A stretch of 64,000 nucleotides of DNA, taken from Squalus acanthias (lineage: Eukaryota). The notes under the pieces were generated by a model. The model had not been told where the DNA came from. It saw only the letters and a list, made by a program, of their open reading frames with translations, and ran no database searches. Position numbers and translations under genes: made by a program. This document shows, piece after piece, positions 43,445 through 57,069 of this stretch (positions within the stretch are counted from its first letter, which is position 1; the number at the start of each line of letters is the position of its first letter). Location of the stretch: positions 33,852,001 through 33,916,000 of the forward strand of contig CM059427.1 in NCBI GenBank assembly GCA_030390025.1, written 5' to 3'.

Positions 43445-44260
43445 CCTCACAGTGGTTATGGTATTGGACTAGCAACCAAGAGGTTGTGCATTAAAATTCC
43501 ACCATAGCCAGTTGTGAAATTGAATTGAATAAATTTCTGGTCGAGCACCATAAAAAAAAAAAAAATGGTTCCTTAATGTCCTTCAGAGAAGGGAGCCTGC
43601 CACCACTGGCCTACACATGACTCCAGTCCCACATTAGATGGTTGACTCTTAATACTCTCAATTGGCCTAGCAAGGCACTCAGTTGTAAACAATCAATACC
43701 AAATTCAAAAATATGCAGAAAAAAAATCACAATGGACCTAAGGAGGACAAGATTTAGGCAATCTCAGCCCAGTTGAACATTCAAAGTCCTCACTAACTTC
43801 TGGGGACTAATGCCCATGTTAGCAGAGCTGCCCCACAGACTTGTCAAGTAACAGTGTGACATTGTTATACTCACAGGATCATATCTATCAGCCAACATCC
43901 CAGACTCCTCCATCACTATCCCTGGCTGTGTCCTATCCCACCGGCAGAATAGACCCATCAGAGGTGAAGACACGGTGGTATATAATTGGGTGGAAAAGCC
44001 CTCATTATTGACTCCGATCCCACAAAGTCTCATGGCTTCAGGTCAAACAGTATCAAAGAAATCTCCTGTTGATGGCCATCTACCACTTCCTCAACTGAAG
44101 AATCAGTACTCCTCCATGTTGAACACTACTTGGAGGAAGCACTGAGGGAAGCAAGGGGATAGAATGTACTCTACAAAGGGACCTTCAATGTTCACCACCA
44201 AGAGTGGCTCTGTAGTACCACCACTAACTGAATCCTGAGGACATAGCTGAAAACTGTGCT
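43445..44260 (+). mobile_element. Decayed LINE 5' part: tRNA-like head followed by an AP-endonuclease remnant
   Basis: CAGTGGTTATGGTATTGGACTAG head; 43790-44200 translates ELPHRLVK*QCDIVILTGSYL...IPGCVLSHRQNRPIRG and LYKGTFNVHHQEWL (GDFN motif). Confidence 0.6.
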
Positions 44261-44339
44261 TGCATCTTTAGTAAATCATCTAAACTTAAATCTACCACCC
44301 TGTATCTTCCTCTGCTTCAAATATTTATCTGCTCTTCCT

Positions 44340-44760
44340 ATAAAATGATCCAATAGTCTCTGACTCAACTATTCCCTGTAGCAAAGCTCTGTGTAAAGAA
44401 ATTTCTTCAAACCTCTCTCAATCTCTTAGTGACAATTGATGATCCCCTCCTCACGCTCTAACCAAAGGAAATAGTCTTTCCCAATTCACTTTATCAAAAT
44501 CTTTCATAAATTTAACAATCTCTATTAAATCTCCTCTTAGCCTTCACTGCTGTCATTGAAATAGCCCTAGTATCTCAAGTCTCTCCTAATACCTATAGTC
44601 TCCCATCTCTACTATCGTCCTTGCGAATCTACAATATTAATTTCCACAATGGGGTACCCAAAACTGCACACAGTACCCTAAGTACTATCGCCTAACCATT
44701 GTCTTGTACAAATAAATCCTAATCTTTTTGTTCTTTCACTCTATGCCCCATTTATAAATT
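44340..44760 (-). mobile_element. Highly decayed CR1 3' fragment
   Basis: CCCAAAACTGCACACAGTACCCTAAGT (antisense of LEYCVQFW) and TCTATTAAATCTCCTCTTAGCC (antisense of LRGDLIE). Confidence 0.6.
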
Positions 44761-47700
44761 GGGCTACACCGACTCAAAATCAACAGAGTATAAAGGGAAA
44801 GTATAAAGGGACATATATCAGTTCATAAGCAATTAGGTCTGCTTATGGAAACTAATATCAGCTGTTCACACATGGGGAAAAAGTTATTGGAGAAAGCATA
44901 AACTGTTACACAGAGACACTTATCCCTTTCATAGAGAGACCCTTTCACAAAAACCCTCTTCTTCACAGAGGCACTCTTTCCCTCTTTCATGGAAACACTC
45001 ACCCCCACCCCCCACCCCCACCGCCCTTTTACAGAGGCATGCTTACCTCTTCTATTCACAAAGTTACCCTTTCCCCCCCCTCCCTCAATGGCCACTCTCG
45101 GGTCCCTGACACTTCTCACTGCTGATCCCAGCTCTAGCTCCTACCTGATGCTGTTACTTTGCTCTGGGAATGGACTCTCTAGTGAGAGCTTACACTGCAA
45201 AAGCTGATTTGTCACACCAAGTGAAAAAACTACATGCTTGTGTACAATGCATGCAGCTGCTTACATAAGTGCCTGGGACTCGAGCACAGGCACCAACCTT
45301 GTAGGCACCACAGTAAGTGCCACTTCTTATCTTCTTATTAGCATAAAAACCCAAATAGCGTCACCAGCATGACAACTATTTAAACACCAAACTGCTGCTG
45401 CTACAGAGATGGCACTGAAAATGATTGTACGCAATTGTATACATTACGTATGTCTGCCCACGCCTGTAACAAGTGAATGATGAGAATATGTAGCTGAGAG
45501 CGTTTCCTGCAAACTGTGAAACAAATATTAGCATAGTTAAATATAGTTGGCTTATGTGCAAATAAGAGACTTTATGTGGGTGGGTGTATGAGCTTTAACA
45601 TTGTGTTTTGTTTGCAACCTGATTTTTTTTTTTGGAATGGTATCTAGTTGCCCAGTAAAGAACTAACATTGTTTGGACACAAGCATCATAAATAAAAATC
45701 ACTGTAAAATATATTATTGATGATTCATTAATAAGTTAATCAGATTGCTTTAAATAAATATGACCTGAAATAAAATTCCGTATACTGTATTTGTAAAATA
45801 GTAACATAGTTTATATGTAATAACATCTATTTCACAAGAATTGGCAGATTTTCAAATTACAAATGTCATTGGCATCTGCTGTATCTCACTACAAGAGCAG
45901 CAGTCACATACACCAGTTCCTTTTAGGAAATATAACTTGAGAACTTCCTCTTGTATTTAAAAATAGAAAATGCTGAAAACATACAGTAGGATTGTCAGAA
46001 TCTGAAAGAGTAAAATTGTTTAACTTCTCAGGTGTAAACCTTTTGGCGGTAGTAGATTTTTTCCTTTCTGCGGTTCACCGATTACGTGGCATTGGCAGCA
46101 CAGCAATCAATTGCATGGCAGGGAATACCTTGGCACATACTTTGCTTTCAAATTGTTCTGTTTAACGTTGCTGAGAAATTTTGGGCTGCTTATCTGCTTT
46201 GTCAGTAGGGTAGCTCTTAGCTGTCTTGAAGCAGATGCTGGCCACACAAAAAGGGATAACCACCAAGTTGGAGTGGTTGATGGCACTCTAAGAATATGGG
46301 CTTTTGAGGGTATTTTGAGAGATTAGGCATTGCAGGAGTTAAATGACCCTAAGCTTTTCTCTAAAGGTACTGTTCTGCAAAAATACACTGCTTTGGACTG
46401 ACTGCTAACTTCTGGCAGGTGCAGTATCACAAGTGGCTTTGTTATTGCTAGAAGAGAGGGGAAAGAACAGAGTGAGACTTAGAGCTGGCTACAGCCTTAT
46501 CTCTTTCTATGTCTGTGGGAATGTACAAACTTTTGTAAGTTGTTAAAATAAAATAAAATATAATTCTGTTTTTCTATTTTCATTATTAAGCTTTGCTAGA
46601 TTACAGTTTAATATTAAGGTTGCTAGTCTATAGGTTTATTACTTTAGATTTATTTCGCATCTGTTAGAATTAGGGAAAAGTATGCTAAAATCTCGGTTTT
46701 ATTTACAGTTATAACTCTTGTCCTCAAGGTCCTGGGTTGTGTCATCAACCATGGAAACAGAAAACAAATACAGAAAAAGCTTGTGCTAAGGCTAAAACAC
46801 ATGTAGGGGACGCCCAAGGCCTGTGCCTGGACACAGAACTTGCCGTGCCTATGATTGGATGGATTTTTCCGCAGTTCCGGTTTTTGGTGTACATCCTAGA
46901 AGTTTGGGTCATTCTCAGTGTAGAAGGGCCAGGAAGGACACCAGACAGGTGTAGGTGTGTATGTGAGTAGAAGGTATGAGGAATGGGCCATGCCTTCTAC
47001 CCAAAGGACAATAACGGGTAATATAATTCTCAATTATACTTTGTACTCTGCTGCTCGAATACTGAGTGTATTAAGTCTCACTTATGCTTAAATAAAATCA
47101 TAACTGTTACCAATATGGAGTCAGCTTCGAATTATTGGACAGTCCAAAGGGACTTCAAATTTATTATATCACCAAGGCACTGAACTACAAGAAAGATAAG
47201 GCTGATTGTGGTAAAAGTAGACTCAATGGCAGGTGATGCAGCTAATAATTCCTTTTTGACTCTGTGGTCGAAATGAAAAACTAATTGAAGCTGGGACCTG
47301 CTACTCATTCACTGAGCAGGTCCTTTCAAGGTACTATGAAGGGAAGAAGAACTGTTAGGTGAAAGTAGAGAGCCCTTAGCCTCTTCAGAACCAACAAGAG
47401 CTACTGTGAAGATAAATTATGATATTGCACTTCATAAGGCCAGGAAGGGTGTTAGGGAGATGAAGCAGGGTTAATAGGTTGCATCAACTGCAAGGCCTTG
47501 CAATTACGCAAATATAATTCTACATAATTTTTCCATTGGCTAATGTTTGTCATCAGTCATGGTTGGAAGGTTTTCTATGGGCTAATGTGACAACTCTGGT
47601 GCTCTTCAAAAGAATGGTGTGGATATTCTCAGGGTCTAGAGTATGCATTAAACTGGGTAGTCATCGAACCCAATGGGTTGTACTAGTGACCCATCAGTGT

Positions 47701-48694
47701 GGAGCTCAGAAAGGTGGGCAGATGCACTGCGCAGATAGGAGGCCTCAATAAAGCAGTTCACTGGGGGGGGCGGGGGAATTGACTCCGCGCACATATAGCT
47801 AATATGTAGGATGGCAGCCATGGATGATATTCATAGCAAATTCCTTAAAGCTGCTCTAGGTGAGGGGGAGGAGAGCCATAAAGGATTTAGATAATGGATC
47901 AGTGCCAAGAACCTAATAACACACCTTGACGCTGCCTTTCTGAGGCATGGGAACAGGATTTTGTTTAAGGTGTGTACACCCTTAGTGTTCCACAGCACAG
48001 TTGTGATCACTATCTACGAAAGGGGAATTGTACTGAGACAAAATCTTGCTGTTATCAGTGGCTCTTAAGGTAGTTCTTCAAATGTTTGTGGGACATCTAT
48101 TGGCTGCTTTGGAGGCCTGTGGTGTAATCAAGAAAAAAACAGCTAGATTTTATGAAGATTGGGTAAATTGTGGTTTACTTTGAAGTGGTGGAACACCATA
48201 AGATGAATTGTATTCATCAATCCTTATAAGACTTTTGACAAAGAGCTTCAGGCAGCCCTTAGGATGAACCTGGAAGCCTTGGGAGTAAATAGCCATATCT
48301 TGGAGTTTATCTGAAATATGTACTCCAGCTCCAAGACTCAAGTAAAGACAGATGGGAGACTCACTGAACCTATTTCTCATGAAAGAGGAGGCTTAGGAGG
48401 CAAAATTGTTCACTATCGCTCATCTTATTCAATGTCTTTGACAATGATGTGCTGGATGACATTGGGCTCAGAAGTCTAAAAAATTGACAGACTCTTTGAA
48501 GGAGCAGAAGTGTGGCATGGCAGAACATCAGCAAGCTACTTTGCTGTGTCATGATGGGATCATAAATCCCGGGAATGTGATGATCAGAATATTTGGGATG
48601 GGCAACAGAGGTGCCAATCCCATTGTGGAGGCAGAAGTCAGAGCAGCACCCTGCCACTCAGAAAATACAAATTGGGCCAACAAAAAAATGGCAA

Positions 48695-48815
48695 ATACAA
48701 AAGCAAAATTCTACAGATGCTGGAAATCTGAAATAAAAACAGAAAATTCTGGAAATACTCAGCAGGTCAAGCAGCATCTGTGGAGAGAGAAACAGAGTTA
48801 ACGTTTCAGGTCCTT
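48695..48815 (-). mobile_element. Penelope-like terminal fragment
   Basis: Reverse complement of the 14455-14540 motif (GGAAATACTCAGCAGGTCAAGCAGCATCTGTGGAGAGAGAAACAGAGTTAACGTTTCAGGTC). Confidence 0.7.
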
Positions 48816-49611
48816 TCGAAACCTTTCGAAAATGGCAAAAACTACTTTCTTGGAGAATGGAGGGATAATGCTGTAAAGGTAATCCCTCTGGGATTGATTC
48901 CCTCTATTTCCTGTATTCATGGGCCTTCTTAAGGCCCAGAATGGGATCTACACTTGTGGTCAGCAGGCATAGGTCCTGCTGGGCCTATCAAGGCAAGTTG
49001 GCTGGAATGCCCAGGGCAACCTGGCAATGCCCCGGACATATCCCAAAAGCTGTCCTTTGATATTGCGGAGGCAGGCCTAAGAAGCACCTGCCTGCCCCCA
49101 CCCCAGTCCTCCCGAATTGAATTTGGTGGGCAACTTAAGAGGAGCAGAAACCAAGCAGATACCGGTTCCACGCCAAATTGCTCCACCTCATCAGAATCGT
49201 ACCATAGTTTTGTCATGGAATTTCTAGCCTACAGTCTTTTTTCGAGATCTTTATGAATGAATCAAATCATATCTGATGTATTATTGGCAGATTCGCATAT
49301 GGATTTTGTATACTGCAGTACCCTTTTGAACAATGGGATAGCTAGTGTACATGGTGCTGGGCACTCCCAGTATAGTGGCTCAAGGTGGTATCTCTAAGGC
49401 ATTGATTGGAAAACACAAGGCATGTCTGTTCCAATTGTTGATTGATTCATATCAGTGCTAGAGTTCTAATGGATGCCAACTTTGGTTTGGGTACAATTCT
49501 TTGGGTTCACACTGAGAAGTGATGAAGGCCACTCTGATCTTTCTCATCAATGAGGTGGATTTACGCCATAAAGGGAAACAATTACAAAGAAGGAGGGCAC
49601 TGCCCAACTCA

Positions 49612-50200
49612 GCAACAACAACAACTTGTATTTATATAGCGCCTTTAATGTAGTAAAATGTCCCAAGGTGCTTCACAGGAGTGTTATAAGACAATAAATT
49701 TGTCACCGAGCAACAGAAAGAGAAATTAGGGCAGATGACCAAAAACTTGGTCAAAGAGGTAGGTTTTAAGGAGCATCTTAAAGGAGGCAAGAGAGGTAGA
49801 GAGGCAGGGGGTTTAGGGAGGGAATTCCAGAGCTTAGGGCCTAGTCAGCTGAAGACACGGCTACCAATGGTTAAGCGATTAAAATCAGGGATGCTCAAGA
49901 GGGTAGAATTAGAGGAGTGCAGATATTTCGGGGAGTTGTGGAGTTGGAGGAGATTACAGAGATAAGGAAAGGTGAGACCATGGAGGGATTTGAAAACAAG
50001 GATGAGGATTTTAAAATCGAGACGTTGCTTAACCGGGAGCCAATGTAGGTCAGCGAGCACAGGGGTCATGGGTGAACAAGACTTGGTGCGAGTTAGGACA
50101 CATGCAGCCAAGTTTTGGATGACTTCAAGTTTACGTATTGTAGAACGTGGGACGCCAGCCAGAAGTGCGTTGGAATAGTCAAGTCTAGAGGTAACAAAAG
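49612..50200 (-). mobile_element. L2-clade LINE 3' fragment
   Basis: TPVLADLHWLPVKQRLDFKILILVFKSLHGL; (TTG)n tail. Confidence 0.9.
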
Positions 50201-51079
50201 CACTCTGTAGAAGGGGTCAGCCTTGTAGAGTGCACGACTCTTTGCCAAAATCCCTTAAATGAAGACCTGGAATAAGCAGTTTGTGAGAAGTAAACTTGGA
50301 TCACAGAATTGGACTTGAAAGTCTTGTACATCTAGGGCACTGGCCCCATAGACCCATGCGTTAAAGCAACCCTGATCCACGTGAACAGAAGTGTCCTCAC
50401 TACAAGGGGTGTGAACATTTGTTTGGCCACGTGGGACAAGATTACAAATTGCTTAATGTCGCTTGTAATCCTGGCTAATAGGGCTGGTATTAATCCTCTT
50501 TGTATCAATTTTGAAATTGGCTGTGAGTTGTACTATTCCCCAAACTAGCTCGTCTGTGTTTAATATACATTCTCCAATGCCTGCAGCCTGTGGCTTTTCT
50601 TTTTAAACATAAGTAAATTGACTTTGTTTGCAAACATAACCCAATCCCAAAATCCTTTCCATGAAGACAAAATTATCAAAAATCCCAGAACATGACAATT
50701 GGTAAACTGTACCATTTACCTGATTAAACTGCAGCATTGTCTTCGAGGCCCCTATATTGTGGTTTATGTATACTAAGGTAAGTGTCCTTCTGTGGTGAGA
50801 GTTTGCACTTCATATTGGGCAAACAGAAACTTGAAACTTTACTCTTACATTTCTTTGTGATTTGGTTTGGTTCTCAAGCAGTGTCAAACTCAAAAATAAT
50901 CTCTTTCTGGTTTTTTAATTCCTTTCACTTTGAGAACATTATGTGCTTCTCCTCTGCAATTAATTTCTTAAAAATATACTATGATGACTGAATGTACCAG
51001 TGAAGAATGCTTTAAATCTCCATGTACCAGGAAGAATGCTTTAAAGCTCCATTTACAACATAAATAAAATCTAGCTTTC

Positions 51080-51151
51080 TGGAGATGCCGGGGATTGAAC
51101 CCGGGACCTCACACATGCGAAGCGCGCGCTCTACCACTGAGCTACATCCCC
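51080..51151 (-). tRNA. tRNA-Ala (anticodon CGC)
   Basis: GGGGATGTAGCTCAGTGGTAGAGCGCGCGCTTCGCATGTGTGAGGTCCCGGGTTCAATCCCCGGCATCTCCA; 72 nt cloverleaf, G3.U70 identity pair, A and B boxes, T4 terminator about 10 nt downstream. Confidence 0.97.
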
Positions 51152-51471
51152 AAGCCCGAAAGTTGGCATTAAATAATGGTTGAAATCGATTGGACTCGAG
51201 TGTTGGGACGCATTATCCGTTTACTTGACGGAGATTTGCTGCTGTATTAATCGTTCAGCTGGAAATTTGCTCGTGAATCGGGCGACAGTTACCAGCGAAG
51301 CGCGAATCCTTCATACTCGCGTCAGTGATACTCGCTGTTTAATTTGGTTCCTCCGACTAGGTCCCAGCTGGAGCAACGCAAAAAATCGAACGACTTTTAT
51401 AAAAACCGAAATGTTCTCAGGAACGGAGTATGTAAGATTTTTTTTTTAAATTAATACGGAAAGAAAAACGT

Positions 51472-51542
51472 TGCATCGGCCGGGAATCGAACCCGGGCCT
51501 CCCGCGTGGCAGGCGAGAATTCTACCACTGAACCACCGATGC
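51472..51542 (-). tRNA. tRNA-Gly (anticodon GCC)
   Basis: GCATCGGTGGTTCAGTGGTAGAATTCTCGCCTGCCACGCGGGAGGCCCGGGTTCGATTCCCGGCCGATGCA; 71 nt, fully paired acceptor stem, T5 terminator just downstream. Confidence 0.97.
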
Positions 51543-51916
51543 ACAAGAGTGAGTGCGCGCGGCCGCTCTAAAGCTCCAGCCCGGCAACACTGGATATATT
51601 TCGTGTTGCAGTAAATGTTGCACGTGATCTATTTGCACGAATCCGCTGCCACGCGCAGCTCAGGGCCATATTTCTTATTCTGCCATTGGGTAATTTATTG
51701 TTTTTTTGCTAATTGGTCCACTCTGAATATGCTGAAAGATTCTTTGCAACAGGGCTGATGTTAATGGACTATATACTGCATTGTCTAGAACAACAGCTGA
51801 AGCAGAAAAGTAAACCTGCCTTATTGTCAGCTCATCCACCAACACAAACAACACTTGGTCCTCCTGGTGCTGAATGGAGGAAACCAGCAGCTAAAAATAA
51901 AGATACCAAGTGGCAA

Positions 51917-52385
51917 TGCCATGGAGGGATTTGAAAATAAGGATGAGGAAGGCTGATGGGTGAATGGGACTTGGTGCGAGTTAGGACACGGGCAGCAGAG
52001 TTTTGGATGAGCTCAAGCTTATGGAGGGTAGAAAGCGGGAGGCCGGCCAGAATTGTGTTAGAATAGTCGAGTCTAGAAGTAACAAAGGCATGGATGAGGG
52101 TTTCAGCAGCAGATGTGCTTAGGAGGTGGAAGTAGGTTGTCTTGGTGATGGAGCGGATATGGGATCAGAAGCTTACCTCGGCCAAATAGGATGGTAAGGT
52201 TGCGAACAGTCTGGTTCAGTCTCAGACAGTGGCCAGGGAGAGGGATGGAGTCAGTGGCTAGGAAACGGAGTTTGTGGCAGGTACTGAAGACAATTGCTTT
52301 GATCTTCCCAATATTTAGTTGGAGGAAATTTTTGCTCATCCAGTACTGGATGAGGGACAAGCAGTCTGACAAATCAGAATCAGTA
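51917..52385 (-). mobile_element. L2-clade LINE fragment
   Basis: SDCLSLIQYWMSKNFLQLNIGKIKAIVF; homologous to 55880-56410. Confidence 0.85.
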
Positions 52386-54729
52386 TTGCACACCACATGA
52401 AAAAAGTGAGTAACAGACAAATGACATATTACATGAACAGTATTCAGATAGCTGAGGATGAAGCTGAGAGACCTAGGGGTTTTAGTAGACTTGACACTCG
52501 ATATGTCGAATCACTGTGAAGCAGCAATTAAAGCAAATGGACTGCTGATTAAAAAAACTAAACGCTGGAGATTCATATCTATAAAGTGAATCCATGTAAA
52601 CAAATGTTGGTTGTAGCCCTTTGTCTGAACTGAAATAGAATGCTGAACTGCATTGCCAAATCAGTAGAGCACAACTTGCAATCCACATGCAGAGAACATA
52701 GCAAAACATTTTATATGGCAGTGCATAAAAAGTAGACAACGAGCAGAGAGGGAAAGAGAAAAAGAAAGATGGTGGGGCAAACAGTTGAAGAGATGGGCCA
52801 CAGATGCCAATCATCAGCATTTCTAAATGACAATCAGTGTCTTGGGGATCTGGTGCTCGTGTCAGAATTTGATGGTCTCAGATCCAAATTCTACCTGACA
52901 CTATTGTTTCAATCTTTGCCAAGAGCTGCAGATGGAAAAGCTTGATCCAGTAAAAATTATCACAAGATCATGAATTCCCACCTGCATCATGCGGCAGTGT
53001 CCAATCCCAGAGCAAAGCATAAGGTTGAGAACTGTTGCTCTGTATCTAAACGTGAAACGTGTAATTGAGGGTTTCTGAATGACTGCTGTCTTTCTTCTGC
53101 CTGTGACGTTATTAGGCTCTTTTGCAGGGCAGTGTTGTGCGGGACACAGCAGGCTACAATAATCTCGGAGACCTGGACTGGACTAGACTGTAACATTTCC
53201 CTGATCTATCCAAGCAGGAATATGCAGCTAAAAACAGCCATTTATGCAATTTCTCTGGGGGCTCCATCAATCTCTTGCCAAAGTTACAGCAGGAGAACAA
53301 GAGAATCCCACCAAAATTCAGAGCGTAGGTCTTAATGATCCTTGTGCACAGTATTGTGTGCGCAGGTTCCAGGTGCTTCGAGGTTGTATTTACATGGAGC
53401 TCTGGCGTGGAACAATTCAGATGCCTCTGATCGTATTGTCGGTCCCTAAATGCAAACTACAAACACCTACTTGAGTTCAAAAAAAAACAGCAACCCCTTT
53501 AATTACAAATTATATTAGAAGAAGATTCTATATATACCCAGATTTTTCTGTCTCGTTCTTCTTTACTGTGTACTGTAATACTCAAAAATAGACCATCTAC
53601 TCATGGGTTGTTCTTCAAAAGAGGCAACAAATTTAAAGAACATGACATATAACAGCCAACTTTAAGGGCTTAAAAACAGGCACAGATTAACCTCCAATCT
53701 GATTATGCTTGGAACAACGTTAGGTATTCAATGTAAACCTCTCTCCTCCAATCCTTAAATAAAAGCATGATGATACAGTTTTAAATACTTTATTCCAGCT
53801 AATGTAATTTGAGTTATTCAAGCCACATAAACAAATAGAGCCCAATTAGCCTCGTGACTCTGATCTATCTTATGGCCTTAACCCCTATGCTGAACTCCCC
53901 CTATCCATATTTATGTATTACAACCAGTCTGTCTCCAGCCATGTTTTATTAATGCACCCCTAATAGTCAGCATTTTCACAGAGAGAACTGAACAGGCTGC
54001 CAAGTCACAGAGACATCTAGGTAAGCACACTTCCAGCATTGCCCTGAGTGTCTTAATCCTGGATCTTGGCTGCATTCTTACTTTGGTTTAGCCCGTGGAT
54101 CAAATATCTACCCTAGCCCTGTAATGACCTTACCTTTGAGATAGACCTAGTTTTGCTAGTGGTCCTGGTTTCTGCCCTACGCTACCATAAATAGTAAAGT
54201 GAGGTCTAATACAAATAGCAGAATCTGTGCTTATGCCTGTAAGTCCGTGACCTTTTAGCCTGTACAGCTTCTCTCTCCCCTCTCTGTCATACAGGTTAAC
54301 AAGGAAACATTACTGAAACACAGCTTTGGGTTGTTTGCCATGACTTATGCCCCATAACACAACAATTGGAAAGAGATTATTTGAAGAATTTATTCAATCA
54401 AACTGCAATACTTTTGAAGATTTGAAGTCCAGGAAAATAATTACACCACAGAGTATGTAATTGTGGAAAAATAAATGTTTTAAATCTCTAAATAAAAATA
54501 TGAACAATCATAGTATTTGTAGACTGGTAAGCTTACACTTCCTGCTTTGTTTAAACTGGTGATGATCAAATCAGGGGACTGAATTAGACCTTACTTTTGC
54601 TCTACCTTTTCCCAATTTTCCCATATTTCTTCTGTATCATTTCTTTTTTATTTATCATGGTGCTACATTGACAAAACAAACAGCAGGAAACAAGAATGGA
54701 CAGGTTTTAAAGGAGAAAGTTTTGCTAAT

Positions 54730-54840
54730 CTCCATTACAACAGTGAGTACACTTCAAAAAGTACTTCATTGGCTGTATAGCGCTTTGGGACGTCCGGTGG
54801 TCAAGAAAGGTGCTATATACAAGTCTTCCTTTCTTTCTAA
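54730..54840 (+). mobile_element. Deu-SINE 3' tail fragment
   Basis: CATTACAACAGTGAGTACACTTCAAAAAGTACTTCATTGGCTGTA matches 6010-6056. Confidence 0.7.
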
Positions 54841-55532
54841 TCTGGTTGTAAAAATGTTTGCAGTTTGCAGCACTATGGAAAGATAGCAGCAGTAATACTT
54901 ATAAACCGTTGACTGTTCTAATCCATTGCTCTAATGATCCTTTCATTGGGAATCTTAGCATCAGAGTACAAGCTGACCAGGACTGGCTTTGCTCTTCTTG
55001 TATTGCTTTAACAACCTCATTAGCTATTCTTGAGGTCAATCCCAAATTCAGCCAATTTTGCTCATCAAGGGAAGAAAGGATGCTGCCTTTCTTTCTATGA
55101 TATAACCTGTTGTCACGGTTGCTAGTTCCTGTTCTGAAAATAGTGAGAATTTAAAGGGGAACAGATCAACTTGGAATACTATTTTTTGGAACATGCAGCA
55201 TAAGAGTACTTTTGATGGACTTTATTACAGCTTTCATGTTGTGGGATTGTTGACCATTTTTTCACAGAATGGTTTTGAAAAAAGTAACTTTAAACATTGT
55301 GTGTCAAAGCATAATGTCTTCTTGCAAATTAAAAGAAAAGGGCTCTGAGACAATAGCTAATTAAGATTCTAATGAGCTATGTTTGATGTTATTTTCCCAT
55401 AGATTGTAAATAATAAACAATTTGTTAGCCTATGAAAAAGTCCATCACATCCAATGTAACATGTAACATTTTTAACAGTAGGCCAGGTTTTTAAAACGGA
55501 GGCTGCGAGGCCGTTAGACTCAGCAAAAGGTG

Positions 55533-56468
55533 CAACAACAACAACAATAACTTGTATTTACATAGCACCTTTAACATAGTAAAACGTCCCAAGGCACTTC
55601 ACAGGAGTGTTATCAAACAAAATTTGACACCGAGCCACATAAGGAGATATTAGGGCAGGTTTAAGGAGCGTCTTAAAGGAGGAAACAGTTGTAGAGAGAC
55701 GGAGAGGTTTAGGGAGGGAATTCCAGAGCTCAGGGCCTTGGCAGCTGAAGGCACAGCCACCAATGGTGGTGCGATTAAAATCGGGAATGCTCAAGAGGGC
55801 AGAATTAGAGGAGCGCAAATATCTCGGGGGGTTGTGGGGCTGAAGGAGATTACAGAGATAGGGAGGGGCGAGGCCATGAAGGGATTTGAAAACAAGGTTG
55901 AGAATTTTGAAATCGAGGCGTTGCTTAACCGGGAGCCAATGTAGGTCAGCGAGCACAGGGGGGATGGGTGAATGGGACTCGGTGCGAGTTAGGACACAGG
56001 CAGCAGAGTTTTGGATCATCTCAAGTATACGGAAGGTAGAACGTGGGAGGCCGGCCAGTAGTGCGTTGTAATAGTCAAGTCTAGAGGTAACAAAGGCATG
56101 GATGAGGGTTTCAGCAGCAGATGAGCTGAGGCAGGGGCAGAGTCGGGAGATGTTCCAGAGGTGGAACTAGGCGGTCTTAGTAATGGCATGGATATGTGAT
56201 CGGAAGCTCAGCTCGGGGTCAACTATGACACCAAGGTTGCAAACAGTCTGGTTCAGCTTCAGACAGATGTTAGGGAGAGGGATAGAGTCAGTGGCTAGGG
56301 AACGGAGTTTATGGCGGGGACCAAAGACAATGGCTTCGGTCTTCCCAATATTTAATTGGAGGAAATTTCTGCTCATCCAGTAGTGGATGTCGGACAAGCA
56401 GTCTGACAATTTAGAGACAGTGGAGGGGTCGAGAGAGGTGATGGTGAGGGAGAGCTGGGTATCACCAG
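55533..56468 (-). mobile_element. L2-clade LINE 3' fragment
   Basis: WMSRNFLQLNIGKTEAIVFGP, IQNSAACVLTRT, LHWLPVKQRLDFKIL; (TTG)n tail. Confidence 0.92.
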
Positions 56469-57069
56469 CAAGGGAGTAATGAGAAATTATTTTGTTTAAG
56501 TCAAGCCAGGTGACCTACTGCTGTGGAAAGCTTTGTGTGTTCATTATTTTGTATTATTATATGAAGATGACTTGTCCTGATAGAAATAAGTGAATCTGAT
56601 GATAACTGCTTAATGATTCGTACTTGGCCTATTCTCAGCAAGTGTTTGCTCACTTTCAAAGAGTTTGAAGAAGCATATGTGTAAAAGACACAAATATTCA
56701 GTCCATATCACAAGGGGATATTATTGTTATACCCCTGGGTTGTGCTTTTGTATAGTTAGATATTGGGCAGGACAGGAACACCCCTAACATAAGATGCTCA
56801 GACTACTTATGGGAGCAAATGACAAAATGGTGCCCAAGAGAATATTGAAGGCAGACCCTAAACTTGTAACACTAAGCTGTTTGTTTTTCAATACTCCTGA
56901 TTATCAGTTTTGGCATTGCCATTTTCATCTTCTCCAACTAAAATTTGAACCATGGGTATTCCAGTGATAATACCTCGATATGTTATTTGGGGGAAGAAAA
57001 AGACGATCAAAGGAGCGATACCAGGCAGATAAGGTTGCACCAGAGGTAAGCCACCTATACTCACAAGCT

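Noticed and set aside
50992-51052. ~30-bp tandem duplication (ATGTACCAG.GAAGAATGCTTTAAA.CTCC) next to tRNA-Ala
   Set aside because: Two units and no spacer, so a simple local duplication rather than an array.
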